Origin: Lama glama
Taxonomy: Eukaryota
DNA length: 64,000 bases
Reading direction: 5' to 3'
NCBI GenBank assembly: GCA_028534125.1
Contig: CM052816.1
Location: 9,736,001 to 9,800,000, forward strand
Under the pieces are notes generated by a model. It was not told where the DNA came from. It did no database searches and saw only the letters and a program-made list of their open reading frames with translations. Below are positions 24,118-36,636 of the stretch, in pieces (the stretch's first letter is position 1; every line of letters begins with the position of its first letter). Both the position numbers and the translations under genes were made by a program.

Positions 24118-27100
24118 GTAAGAAAATTTATTCAATGACTTTCCTTCCAACTCTCAAAGAATTAGAAATGTTGAGTGGTTTAGTAATATTCTGTCAGAAA
24201 TGTTAAAACAGGAAGTCTCTATCAAAGAAATGAAAGAACGTCATTTGAGACAATGTAAATACAGACGGAGGTATAATGATCGTGATCAGGTGGTACAACA
24301 GGGAATAGTTTGGTGTGGCTGAAGAGCAGCAGAGACAAAGGAATGGGGAAAGCAGGACATTAGACAGGAAAGAAAATGCAGTCTAAAAGGATGATGAGAA
24401 CAGACCCGGAATAAAGACAGTATGAGATTTGTGCCATACCCGAGTTTGTGTTCCTTAAAGGCTGCGGTTTTGTGTGATGATCCAGGGTCGTGTGGTCAAA
24501 CAGAAATAGGTTCAAATCCTGGCTTTTCAATTTTCTACTTATGTGCTTTTGGGCAGCTTACTTATTTTAACCTTAGTTTTCTCATATGCAAAATGAAAAT
24601 AACTATACATTTCCACAGGTTATTATAGGAATTGTGTGTATGCTAACTCTATGACCATTACCTGAGTTCTTTGTAGGTGCCTCTGATTCAACTTAGTTCT
24701 ATTTCTTACCTCAACACAGTTAGGTTTTCTATTTTCAGAGATGTGAATTTCCAGCTAATGATACAAATTTCTCAAGATAATAAATGATACAGATAATAGA
24801 TTTCTCAAGATGGTAAACTATGATACATGAAACTAATTCCAATTTATCTCCAAATTCTGACCTCCTACTTGAACAGCTTTTTTCTTACACGTACTGAAAG
24901 GAAATAATTAAAGTGCCCACGACCTTCAGCTGCTCATAGTTGGAACACAAGAAATAGTGGTTCTCCTCTCATTGAAATCATTGCAGTTGTTTCAGATTGT
25001 TGAGTACAGAGGTGATCAGACCCACTCTCTTAAGGAATATTAGTCTGCAGCGATACTGAAAATGAATTAGACGTAAGAAAAGTCACACAGAAATGCCACT
25101 TAGGGAGCTGCTGAAGCAGTAGCATTAAGAAATAAGAATAAGTAGGGTGGGTAGAGCTCAGGGTAAAGCAAATGCCTAGCATGCATTATAAAAGGATGGG
25201 CTTCCAAAATAAACATAAGAAGTAGATAGAGTAGACAAGTTATGGAACGTATGTTTTAAGAAACAGTCACATAATATCTATTATGTCCTTGAGTAGTTTT
25301 CTCACAAAAGAGAGAAGCAAACACTGGAGAGTACGATTGACTGATTGATGCTAGGGCCTTTATGAGAAACGGTGGACATAAAATTGATTGGAAAAAAAGA
25401 GTAGGTTCTGAAGAAGAAGGGAAACCACTGCCTTTGGGACGGGGGAAGGCAGAGAGAAGATGGCTACAGAAAGTGTGTATGGAGATACAGAAAGAATGTG
25501 GAAGGAGGGCTCATGCCTGGCAGCTTTCGTGTGTGGAAAGTTGATGATGGCATCTTCTGTAAGGTGAGGCTGACAATGTGGGACAGGGTTCTGTGATGTG
25601 GTGAAAGTTTACAGTGGAAATTAAGCAGAGTCAGCTTGATTAATCAGTAAATCATTAATTATTTGGGATAATATGAAAGCCCAGTTTAAATAATTCAGGC
25701 TCTGATTTAGAAATAGGGCAAGGTGGCTTAACCCCATTATTTTTAGAAGCCATGTAGTACAGTCAAGAAAAAAAAAAGAGGACTCAAAATAATCAGGTTA
25801 TGAGAGGTAATGGGAAGACTCCATCCTGAGGTTTGGTTAAAAAAAATCAAAGAGGCATTAAACACATACTATGTCTTGGGATAAATGCTATTGATTTAAA
25901 ATTCTTGAAGTTAAATAACTTTATCTTTGTGCTTATGGTATCATTGCAGTATCTTCAGCCCAGCCACTGAAAACAAGTGTTTATAAACTAGAAGAGAGTG
26001 GAGAACCTGCACTTATTCTAGAAAGAAAAAATGAAGCTGCCCATCAAGGAGGTCAAATAGAATCTAATAAGCAAAGAGGTAGCAACACACATGGAAAACC
26101 AGGGACATTTAGTCTACAAGGACAGCCAGGGCATTCTAACCAGCCAAAGAAACCAGGGAATTTTAATCAGCAAGGGAGGACAGGAGTTTTCAATCGGCCT
26201 GAGAGTTTGCAAGGGAATTCAGGACAACGTAACCAAAATGAGAATCCAGAAGTTACTAACGAGCAAGGAAAACCAGGATCTTCCAACCAGCAAGGGAAGC
26301 CAGGGTCAGCTAACCAGCAAGGGGGCCCAGGGTCAGCCGGCCAGCAAGGGGGCCCAGGGTCAGCCGGCCAGCAAGGGAAGCCAGGATCTTCTAGCCAGCA
26401 AGGGAAGCCAGGATCTTCTGGCCAGCAAGGGAAGCCAGGATCTTCTGGCCAGCAAGGGAAGCCAGGATCTTCTGGTCAGCAAGGGAAGCCAGGGTCACAT
26501 AGCCAAAAAGGAAAGCCAGGATTATCTAGCCAACAAGGGAAATCAAGGTCTTTCTACAATCAAGAAGAAAGAAAAAATGGAGGCAACCCTTTGCATGGCA
26601 ATATAATGGAGATTCAGGTTAGTGTTAATTTCTGTTTTTTCCCTCAGGAAGCTTACCTCAGCCATTCTATATCCCAAGATTTGAAATAGTAGACTACACT
26701 ATTCTAATGACAAACACATTGTGATAACACTGATATAACAAAGAAGAAATTGCAGGTGGTATTTTTGTACACATTTATAATCATTAATGAGTGTCATGCT
26801 CTTCTATTCCATCTCATTCCCTTCTCTGTTTTCCACTCAGGCCTTTCTATCTATACTGGCCTAGCTCAGTCCCTCAATAATTGGGCCCCCATTCCCACCA
26901 GGTTTACCTTTCATGCCCATTTTCATCCCCTCCATAATGTACAAACCACTCAGGTGGTAGTTCTATGTCACAAATCTAATCTGGTTTATCACTCCCCTGC
27001 TGAAAATTTTTCAGCATTGCCATACTACCCAGGAGTTAAAACCCAAACTCCTGAGCATGGCATTTAAGATTTTTCATGATTGGACCTCATATCCATGACT

Positions 27101-29455
27101 GGACATGTCTGTATCCATTTCATATCACTCTTGCTCACATGCCATCCACAACATAATCTTTTGGTTTACCATGAATGTATTCCTAATATTAATGATATCC
27201 TCTATCATAGAATGTACCTTACTGCTTTGTTACTGTCAATTCAATTAGAGGATGAACTCCTTAAAGTGTCATTTCTTTTCAAACCTGTAACCCCAGATCC
27301 TAGAACAAGACGGGCATATGGTAGGTTCTCTTGATCCGTTTGTTGGATGAGTGAATGAATGCCTGACATTTGAGAGTCATCCTTGCACACCGGTGCACAT
27401 CCATGACTCCTGTATTCCCTTCTGAGTCCTGCTGTGCTTGACCTTTCTTTGCCAGGCTCTCTTTCAAGTGCCAGCTTCCTAATTCTGATCAGCAATTCTG
27501 GACACTCCATTTAGTTGACCCAAAATAGTTTTGGAGAACACTTCCTCCATGTCACCATCTTACTGGAGACTTTGCTTTTTACCTCATAACTTGTCACTCC
27601 TCAATACCCTTCCTAATAAAAGCTGCCCACGCCTCCCTCCTTGTCCCTTGTGTCTTAGCTGGCATGAAGTAGTGATCTCCCGGGACATTCCTGCCATCCA
27701 GACCTGAATGCCACCACCAACAGGTTTCTGAGTGTTTAGATTGTTGCTTAAACTTTTTCAGTTTTATACTCTTTTCTAAAACGGGAGAGAGAACCCTGTC
27801 CATTTCACAGAGTGTGGGTACTATTTAATTGAACTCTGCATAATCCTACCTTCAGCCTCATTTTCTTTCATGGGACCAGAAAAGAGAAAGGGCCAATTAA
27901 TTATGACCATATGTGTTTTGTCTTTTCCAGTATGACTTGCCCCTAATTGTTGTTTCCTCGGGTAGGGGAAAGCTTGTCTACAAAGAATTAAAGTGGAGGC
28001 AGTCTGACATGTAAGAACAGGGGCTTTGGAGTCAGATAACTCATGGTTTGAATCCCAGCTTGGGGAGTTAATCCACATACGGTTTTGGGTTTGTCACTTA
28101 AATGCACTGTATGCCTGAGACAATGCCAGGGGACAAAATATACTCTTCTTTCATATCGCTGCACAGATTAAAAGCTAAAGAGTCACAAAATGATGCAGTA
28201 CAATGCTTTATCAGTAGTTAATGAGCAATAAGTATTTGTTTTATTACAATATCAGAATTAAATTTAGTCCCCTGTATTTACCTAATGGTCTTTCCCATCA
28301 CTGCAGACTGGCAGTACTGGCAATAAGAACCCGACTGGAAACACAAAATGTCAATCTGTCTACGAACCAGTCTGTGGTTCTGATGGAAAAACCTATGGTA
28401 ACCGCTGCGTATTTAACGAAGCAAAAAGGTAAGAGGACTTTATGTTTCTTTGTATTAGGAAGTACTATTCTGATGCAAAGGGAATGAAAGAACATTCTTC
28501 TCTAAGTCTCCATAGTTTCCTCTCAATAGTGCCTTGGGTGTCTGTCCAAAGGAAACATAAAAGCATATTTAACCCTTGAACAGTGAAGTCAGTCATTTCC
28601 TGAGAGACTGTGATATATTCAGCTTCATAAGGAGTGGTAAATTTATTGCTGAGTCATTCACTTACCAAATATTCATTAAACATCTACTTTGCACAGGCAT
28701 TCCGCTAAGCACTAAGGTGGTGAGCCAAACACAGGCTTCCCTGCTTCCTGCTCCCATGCAGCTTCCATCTTTGCAGTGGAAGGCAGCAAAAAAAAAAAAA
28801 AAAAAAAAAAAACAGAGTATGAGAGAATTATGAATCCCAAGGATTACCAAGTGTAGACTACTCAATGACATTTTAAACTTAAATAACAACATTAAATGTT
28901 GGATTTGTTAAGCCATGCAAACCATCGAGAGTTACACCCTGTCTAGAAGAAATAAAATGATGATAAGGCCATTCAAAATTAGACATGTGGCTGAGAAAGA
29001 GCTGGATAGCTCAGCTTTCAAAATGAATAAATGTTTACCTACGAAAGAAGGAATAAGGTAAAAACTATACCCCTCTTGTTTTTGATAGTTTCAGAATTTA
29101 TTAAGTGTTTGGTAAATCATTATTGCAGACTTAAGAAAATGTTAAAGGTAAGTGTCCTCTGTGGCCATAAAAGTTAAAGTCAGAAGGCACATCGGACACC
29201 CATTCTCTCATTTTATAGATAAGGCACCCTGCCCAGGGACAGGAAAGGACTGCCGCAAAGTGCTCACTTGCCCAGAGTGGTCGATGTGAAACAGGCCAGC
29301 CAGGGCCCAGGCCTGCTCTTTCCCTTGTGATTTTTAAATAATCACATTTTCTCTCTGAGTGGTGCCACAATTCTTAGGTCCTTGATTTCTCTCATTATCT
29401 TGTTTTCAGGTTGAGTAAAGGAAAACTGAGTCTGAACCATGAGGGGAAATGCTAA
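24069..29455 (+). CDS. MARCOL: MARCO-like protein with a C-terminal Kazal domain, 294 aa; join(24069..24117,25950..26617,28307..28428,29410..29455)
   Basis: Spliced ORF MEAFIFLPFLFLAIFSVSSAQPLKTSVYKLEESGEPALILERKNEAAHQGGQIESNKQ...(QQGKPGSSG)n...EIQ-TGSTGNKNPTGNTKCQSVYEPVCGSDGKTYGNRCVFNEAKRLSKGKLSLNHEGKC*. 885 nt, GT..AG introns, phases 1,0,2. The N-terminus matches human MARCOL as recalled (MRAFIFFLFMLLAMFS...VFKLEENPKPALILEEKNEA). Confidence 0.9.
25950..26617 (+). CDS. MARCOL: MARCOL exon 2 (Q/G/K/P/S repeat domain)
   Basis: Acceptor tcattgcag; 668-nt open frame that includes ORF 26207..26689; donor cag|GTTAGT, phase 0. Confidence 0.9.
26261..26557 (+). repeat. Coding 27-bp tandem repeat (11 units, consensus QQGKPGSSG), with more degenerate units upstream to ~26087
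   Basis: cagcaagggaagccaggatcttctggc repeated near-perfectly in the centre of the array. Confidence 0.95.
28307..28428 (+). CDS. MARCOL: MARCOL exon 3 (Kazal core)
   Basis: Acceptor tttcccatcactgcag; CQSVYEPVCGSDGKTYGNRC is a canonical Kazal motif; donor aag|GTAAGA, phase 2. Confidence 0.92.
29410..29455 (+). CDS. MARCOL: MARCOL exon 4 (R)LSKGKLSLNHEGKC*
   Basis: Acceptor tcttgttttcag; 46 nt ending TGC TAA; typical Kazal C-terminus HEGKC. Confidence 0.92.
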
Positions 29456-29612
29456 GCATTTTACAGCAACCAAATCACCTGGAGCCTAAGAATCCACTTT
29501 CAGTTCTTTTCAAACGGTGGCTTTCCCTGGGAGTTCTACTGAGTGAGGCCAGCATGAGTCTGACAGATATCATGGATGGATCCTACATTATTTTCTAGCT
29601 TTTCTCACTGCA

Positions 29613-29618
29613 AATAAA
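29613..29618 (+). terminator. Polyadenylation signal of MARCOL
   Basis: AATAAA 158 nt after the stop codon, followed by a T-rich segment. Confidence 0.7.
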
Positions 29619-30289
29619 GTCAGTTCCAGAGTTGCTTCCAATTTCTGAGACTGTTTATTTTCTATACTTTCTCAAACCTTGTGTCTATGATCCATCTGTT
29701 CCCAAAGCCCCAAAATGGCTAATACTTCAGACCAACAACTACAGCAGCAATTTGTAAATCCTAAGAAGTATAAAAATCTCAGGATTGCATGTAAAAAATA
29801 AAGATTCCTGACTCTACAAATATCAATGATGTAGGCCTCTAACAGAGCTAAAGAAACTGCAAGTTTAAACCACATTCCAGGTGTTTCTAATGAAGGTGGT
29901 CTCTGGCTACTTGATATAAAACTGATTAAAGATTTTTTAAGGATGCATTTATTGGCTTTAGAAGATCTATGGAAACACATGCAAAATAAATTCTCTGTGT
30001 ATTTTTTCCTTAAAAGAACGTTCAAAGCTTTCATTAGATTCTTAAAGGGATATATGAACAGAGATAGAGTTTAAAACTATTGATCCATAGGTACTGAAAT
30101 GTAGAAATTTATTTTATTTATCTGAAGTGGTATTTTAAGTCTGGCAGAGTCGAAAGCCAAAATGATTAGAAGGAATCTCACCAGGAGAGGAATCATTGGT
30201 AAGCAACACAGGGCTCAAGAATATGAACAAGACCCAAGATAATGTTGGGAGCAGAGCTGGTAAAATGGTTTTTATGTTCCTAGGGCAGT

Positions 30290-31420
30290 AAATAGAAATA
30301 AAAACAAAATAAAAAATAGGACTTAATTAAAATTATAAGCTTTTACACAGCAAAGGAAATCATAAGCAAAACAGAAAGACAACTTACAGAGTGGGAGAAA
30401 ATACTTGCAAATGATGCAACTGACAAGGGCTTAATTTCCAGAATATATAAACAGCTCACACAACTTAATAAGAAAAAAAAAACCTAATCCAAAAATGGGC
30501 AGAATACCTAAACAAGCAATTCTCCAATGAAGACATGCAAATGGCCAATAGGCACATTTTAAAAAATGCTCAATATTGTTAACTATCAGAGAAACGCAAA
30601 TCAAAACTACAATAAGGTATACCCCAGGCCAGTCAGAATGGTCATCACTGAAAAGTCCACAAATGATAAATGCTGGAGAGGGTGTGGAGAAAAGGGAATC
30701 CTTTTATACTGTTGGTGGGAATGTAGTTGGGTGCAGCCATTATGGAAAATAGTATGGAGATTCCTCAAAAGAATAAAAATAGACTTAACCATATAATCCA
30801 GCAATCCCAATCCTAGGCATATTCCAGAGAGAACCTTAATTCAAAAAGATACATGCACCCCAATGTTCATAGCAACACTATTTACAATAGCTAAGACACG
30901 GAAACAACCTAAATGGCCATCGACAGATGACTGGATAAAGATGTGATATATTTATACAATGGAATACTACTCAGCCATAAAAAGAACAATGCCATTTGCA
31001 GCAACATGGATGAATCTGGCGATTGTCATTCTAAATGAAGTAAGCCAGAAAGAGAAAGAAAAATACCATATGATATGACTTACATGTGGAATCTAAAAAA
31101 AGAGACAAACGAACTTATTTACAAAACAGAAACAGACTCACAGACATAGAAACTAACTTATGGTTACCAGGGGAGAGAAGTGGGTGGGAAGGGATAAATT
31201 GGGAGTTCGAGATTTGCAGATACTAACATATATAAAATAGATGAACAACAAGTTCATACTGTATAGCCCAGGGAACTCTATTCAGTATCTTACAGTAACT
31301 TATGGTGAAAAAGAATATGAAAACAAGTATGTGTATGTTCATGTATGACTGAAGCATTATACTGTACACCAGAAATTGACAACATTGTAAACTGACTACA
31401 CTTCGATAAAAAAATATATA
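30290..31420 (+). mobile_element. LINE-1 3' portion (ORF2 C-terminus and 3'UTR)
   Basis: Translation contains KCWRGCGEKGILLYCWWECSWVQPLWK (L1 ORF2 Cys-rich domain); A-rich tail. Confidence 0.95.
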
Positions 31421-32019
31421 TAGAACCCCCCAAAAAATAGTTTTATGAAAATGACATCAGAGTGGTTGCACAAAAGCTATAGGCTAGTGATGAATACAAG
31501 TCCTTTTATATTCAAAGGATCTTTATTGAGCAGTAGGGAATTCAGACAGCAGTTTATACTTGGAATATAGAGATCCGCCCCAACAAACATAGCAGGAGAG
31601 CAGACAATGGAATAGGGCACAAGGTCCAGATCCAAGTGTAGAAAGAGGTTGTGGTATCAGACAGGGTAAGTGGTTGAATTCAAGGAGAGGGAAACATAAT
31701 GTGTTATGTTTTGGAAAAATGAGAAAGGAAAGATGCAGAAGCTACAGTTGTGGGATATGCAGGTCATTACTGGACACATTATTAAAAGCATTCAATCCTA
31801 CATCTAATCGGCAACAAACAAAACTCAGAGGTCAACTGTGGAAGCCCTTCATATATTTGGGTCATGGAATGTAAGAATTCAGCTGGAAACTCAATCCCAA
31901 ATTCAAATGGATAGAATCTAAGTAAAGTTTGCTCTACACTGGTCTTTTCCTAGTATCCAAGGCTTCTGCCTTATGATTCAATTTAACGGATGATTAAACA
32001 GAGTAGAATGACTGAGCTC

Positions 32020-34395
32020 TCAGCAAAATGCCTCATATAGAAGCAAATAAATATTTTGAAATTAATATATACTTATAGAAAGAATAGAACTTAATGCTGG
32101 AAAATACCTCAGGACTTAATCAATTACTACTGATGTTTAATAAGTTAGTTTAGTTTTGTTCAATTTAATTGCAAGTGCCTACCAAACAATTTAGACTGAA
32201 CACAGACCTCAGCCTTCAGACACAGATTCCACAGCAAAGACAGAATTTGTAACTTCCTCTTAAATACTTAAGGATAAAAGATGTAATGACGCTCCATATT
32301 TACCCAGATTTTTTTGCGCGCACACACACACACACACACACCAAAAATAGCTATTTCTGTATGTTTTAGTATCAGAATTATCTCAGGAAAGTGTTCTGTG
32401 ATGGAAGCCACTAATGAGTTTGTTCAAAACAATTAGGCTGTTATATCAAACAAGCATTTGATAATTACTTGAAAAGACATTAATGGAGTCTTTCAAATAT
32501 ACAGTGAGCACCTTGAAGGGGAAAACTTTAGATTATTTTTGTACACAAAAGGGACTTAGGAAAATTGTTTTACTGAATGAATCAATGACTGATCAATGCA
32601 GGAGAGGACCAGTGAAGCAGGTGTTCAGCTCTCTCCTTCTTAAGCACCTCTATCTTAGTGCAAGCTACTATTTACTGTCTCTTCCTGAAGCACTGCAAGA
32701 TCTCCCTAAATGGTCTGGGTGTCTTAACTTTCGATCTTTCTAATTCATTCCTCATAGAGCAGCGAGAGTGATCTGTTTGAAATACAAATTTTATAATGTA
32801 CTACCGCTATCCCACCTTATGACACTCAGACCCCTAATATTTGGGACAACCTTCACATTCTATATCTGACCTACAAGATATTCAGTATCCCAGGAGGTAG
32901 TCTGGCAATAGCCACTTTTGAAAGCCCCGAAGAGTTTGTGTTGAAAACCTGCACCTTTGCTAAAAACACTGCCCATTTTTTCCTTAAGATCCACACCCTT
33001 AATCCTTAACAGCCCAGGAGACCAGCATGTCCCTGGCTCCTTCCTGTCTCTTCAGAGTTATCACCAGCCTGTATCTCTCCAACTCTCTATGCTCTAGGCA
33101 GAGAGATCTTTTCATTACTGGAATCCACTAAGCCCTCTCACAAATCAGGACCTGTGAATTTTCTTTCTGCACCTCTGTAGATATGAACTTCCCCCTTGAA
33201 ATCTATCCTCCCATCATATACAGCCTTTGTCGTTACTTGAAATTGTTTTATAGAAAACAAAAAGACTACTCTGTAATACACCCTGATACTCATTGCCTAA
33301 TATCTCAATCCTCACATTTATTCATATTCATATACCTGGCAATTTAATTTTACATAGAATTCCTGCCTCTTCCTACCTTTATCACACTTTTTTTTTTCCT
33401 GACCTGTCTTCTTTTACAGCTTTGCAAGGGCTAGTCTGGTCAACATTTGTATTCCCTTTTTCACTATGATACTTTGTCCCTTGTCCCTTACTTGTCTAAG
33501 AGCCTCCTCTCCCTTCTCCAAACACCCAGATCTCACCAACTCCTGCCACCACTCCTAAATCGGGCACTGTGCTGCAGGAGACAATCGCTTATATAACCAG
33601 GTATTTGATGCCATGACAAATACAAAGTTTTGATTCTTTAAGAGTCAAAAGACAGTTTACCCAAACTACTGCCTTTCTTTCACAAACTCCAGAGACAATA
33701 TCTGCAAACAAAGCAGATAAGTTTTAAAAAATTGAATGGTTATTTCTTTGATTAGATAAATCTGCTGATAAAATAAAGACACTTGTTCTCTGTAAATAAA
33801 TGTATGATCATTTATCTGTGTACCCAAACTAGATCTCAATGACCAAGAAAAACCCCAAATTTTAATCTAAATCAATGAGTATTTATCTATGTCCACTGTG
33901 AATATGGCTACATTTGAAACACTTGCTATGGTAGCTTCTAAAACTAGCAACAACTCTGTCAAAAAATAGGTAATTTCCCCACTTTGTAGCTAGGAACACT
34001 TGAGTGTGGTAAGAACAATGGCTTACATGAAGCCATTAGAATATGGAATCAAATTCAGCATCAGATTTATCTAGTGCTTTTTAGCAGCACCTCTTAACAT
34101 CATCTATTGGTGACCAGGGGCTTCAAGAAAAATGATCATCCTGATCATGAGATATTTTTGCCAACTAGTGAATGATCAAAAATGTCCCATTGGCTATGAG
34201 AAAAACTACTCAGAAGACAAAATGTAAAATTCATATAAAGAATGAAATAGTCTCAGTCATTTGGAAGAATGCTTTTCAATCCCTTCAGTGAACTTGTCAT
34301 AAGGTTCTGAGAAAATAAATGGATCTAGCCAGAACAAAGACCAGTTTTGAGATTCAACAAGCAGTGAAAAAAACAAATCCAGAGACTTCTCTCAT
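32020..34395 (-). pseudogene. Possible decayed SPINK-like gene remnants
   Basis: gtcaccATG REVSGFVFFTAC* at 34395; phase 1->0 exon-like 33661-33701 (IVSGVCERKAVVW, acceptor tttgtttgcag, donor GTAAAC); terminal-exon-like 32020-32071 IY*FQNIYLLLYEAFC*. Confidence 0.25.
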
Positions 34396-34474
34396 GGTGA
34401 CATTTATCTCAAAGGAGCATTTGTACCCTTCTACCCATCCACCCCTACACTCTCAGTGAGAAGTTTCAGCTCAA

Positions 34475-35420
34475 GAAGGACAAAGCTGGAGGTACCACAC
34501 ACCCTGATTCTAACTACACTACAAAGTTACAGTGATCAAAATAATGAGGTACTGGCATAAAAACAGACACACAGATCAATGCATACAGAGTCCAAAATAA
34601 ACCCACACTTATATGGTTAATTAATTTACAACAAAGAAGTCAAGGTATACAATGGGGAAGGATAGTCTCTTCAATAAATGGTGTTGGGAAAACTGGACAG
34701 CCAGTCTTGGAGATGGTCTTTTTGGATTTGACATCACAAGCAAAGGCAACAAAAGAAAAAATAAACAAGTAGGAGTACATCAAACTACAAAGCTTCTGCA
34801 CAGCAAAGGAAACCATCAACAAATAAAAAAACAACTTACTGAATGGGAGAAAATAATCACAAATCATATATCTGAGAAGAGATTATCCAAACTATACAAA
34901 GAACTCATACCACTCAAAAGCAAAAAGCCCCAACCAATCCAATTAAAAAATAAGCAGAGGATCTGAATATACATTTTTCCAAACAAGACATATAACAGAT
35001 GGCCAACAGGTACACGGAAAGGTGTTCAACATCACTAGTCATCAGGGAAATGCAAATCAAAAGCACAATGAGGTATCACCTCACATCTGTCAAATGGTTA
35101 TTATCAAAAAGACAACAAGTAATAGTTGTTGGCAAGGATGTGTAGATAAGGGAACACTTGCACACTGTTGGTAGGAATGTAAATTGGAATAGCCATTATG
35201 GAAAACAGTGTGGAGGTTCCTCAAAAAATTAAAAATAGGACTAGCATATCATCTAATTATTTTACTTTTGGGTATTTATCTGAAGAAAATGAAAATGCTA
35301 CTCTAAAAAGATATATACACCACCATGTTTCTGCAACATTATTTACAATAGCCAAAATGTGGAAACAACCTAAATATCCCTCAATGAATGGATAAACAAA
35401 ATGTGATGTGTGTAGATACA
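34475..35420 (+). mobile_element. LINE-1 ORF2 3' fragment
   Basis: Translation GKDSLFNKWCWENW; internal deletion; runs into the gap. Confidence 0.95.
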
Positions 35421-35920
35421 NNNNNNNNNNNNNNNNNNNNNNNNNNNNNNNNNNNNNNNNNNNNNNNNNNNNNNNNNNNNNNNNNNNNNNNNNNNNNNNN
35501 NNNNNNNNNNNNNNNNNNNNNNNNNNNNNNNNNNNNNNNNNNNNNNNNNNNNNNNNNNNNNNNNNNNNNNNNNNNNNNNNNNNNNNNNNNNNNNNNNNNN
35601 NNNNNNNNNNNNNNNNNNNNNNNNNNNNNNNNNNNNNNNNNNNNNNNNNNNNNNNNNNNNNNNNNNNNNNNNNNNNNNNNNNNNNNNNNNNNNNNNNNNN
35701 NNNNNNNNNNNNNNNNNNNNNNNNNNNNNNNNNNNNNNNNNNNNNNNNNNNNNNNNNNNNNNNNNNNNNNNNNNNNNNNNNNNNNNNNNNNNNNNNNNNN
35801 NNNNNNNNNNNNNNNNNNNNNNNNNNNNNNNNNNNNNNNNNNNNNNNNNNNNNNNNNNNNNNNNNNNNNNNNNNNNNNNNNNNNNNNNNNNNNNNNNNNN
35901 NNNNNNNNNNNNNNNNNNNN
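35421..35920. other. Assembly gap (500 N)
   Basis: Run of N. Confidence 1.
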
Positions 35921-36636
35921 TTCCCCCATATCCCCTCCTAAGTGCCTCCTCCCTGGGCCGGCCCTTTCTACAGTTAACATTCACCGTTGGGTTGTCAGCA
36001 CCACACCCAGCGAGGTCCTACTCACCCTCTCCCTCTGTGCCAGCTTCCAGTCCTTTTCCTACCCGGCTCCCTCTGTAGGCTGAGCCAGTCAGTCGGTGCA
36101 CTCTGCCTTCAGGCCCAGGCCCTCCCTGCACAGCCTCCCCCACCTGCAGCAGCCTTGCTTAGCCTCTCCTAGCTGCCTCCAGCCCCCAACCCATCCCCCA
36201 GTTCAGACCAGGGCTCAAGCCGTCTGATGCCTTCTGCTTTCAGGATCGCTTGCTCCCTGTGGGCACGCCACCTTACAAACCTCTTCTAAGTCTTGGCAGG
36301 GCCCTTCAGGCTACTGGTTAGCGGACCAGGGCCCAAACCCAAAGCCAGAGTTTCTGGCTGTACACTTTTATAACTGTGTGCTTGAGTCAAGAAAATTCTT
36401 TAAACCTCAGAGTCATCATAGATATTTTCATTTATTTCACAAAGAGCTAACAGGTAATTAGTATTTGGAAAACAGTGCCAGGTGCTGGTGATAGAAATAG
36501 GAATTGGTTATAAACACTACATCAGTAAGCTCACTATCTTATCTGCATCAGGGAGGCAGAGGACAGGTAATTACGGCACAGTGCCCCAGTGGGACAAGCC
36601 GCAAGCAATGTGGAAACTGAGGGAAGGGCGTCTCTA

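Noticed and set aside
26261..26557. CRISPR-like array
   Set aside because: Eukaryotic, head-to-tail coding repeat with no unique spacers
26207..26689. ORF-track 160-aa ORF as a stand-alone gene
   Set aside because: It starts at TTG inside MARCOL exon 2 and reads through the donor at 26617 into the intron
30566..30810. ORFs resembling protein-coding genes (also 34652 and 55722-56524)
   Set aside because: Fragments of L1 ORF2 or their antisense frames, with frameshifts
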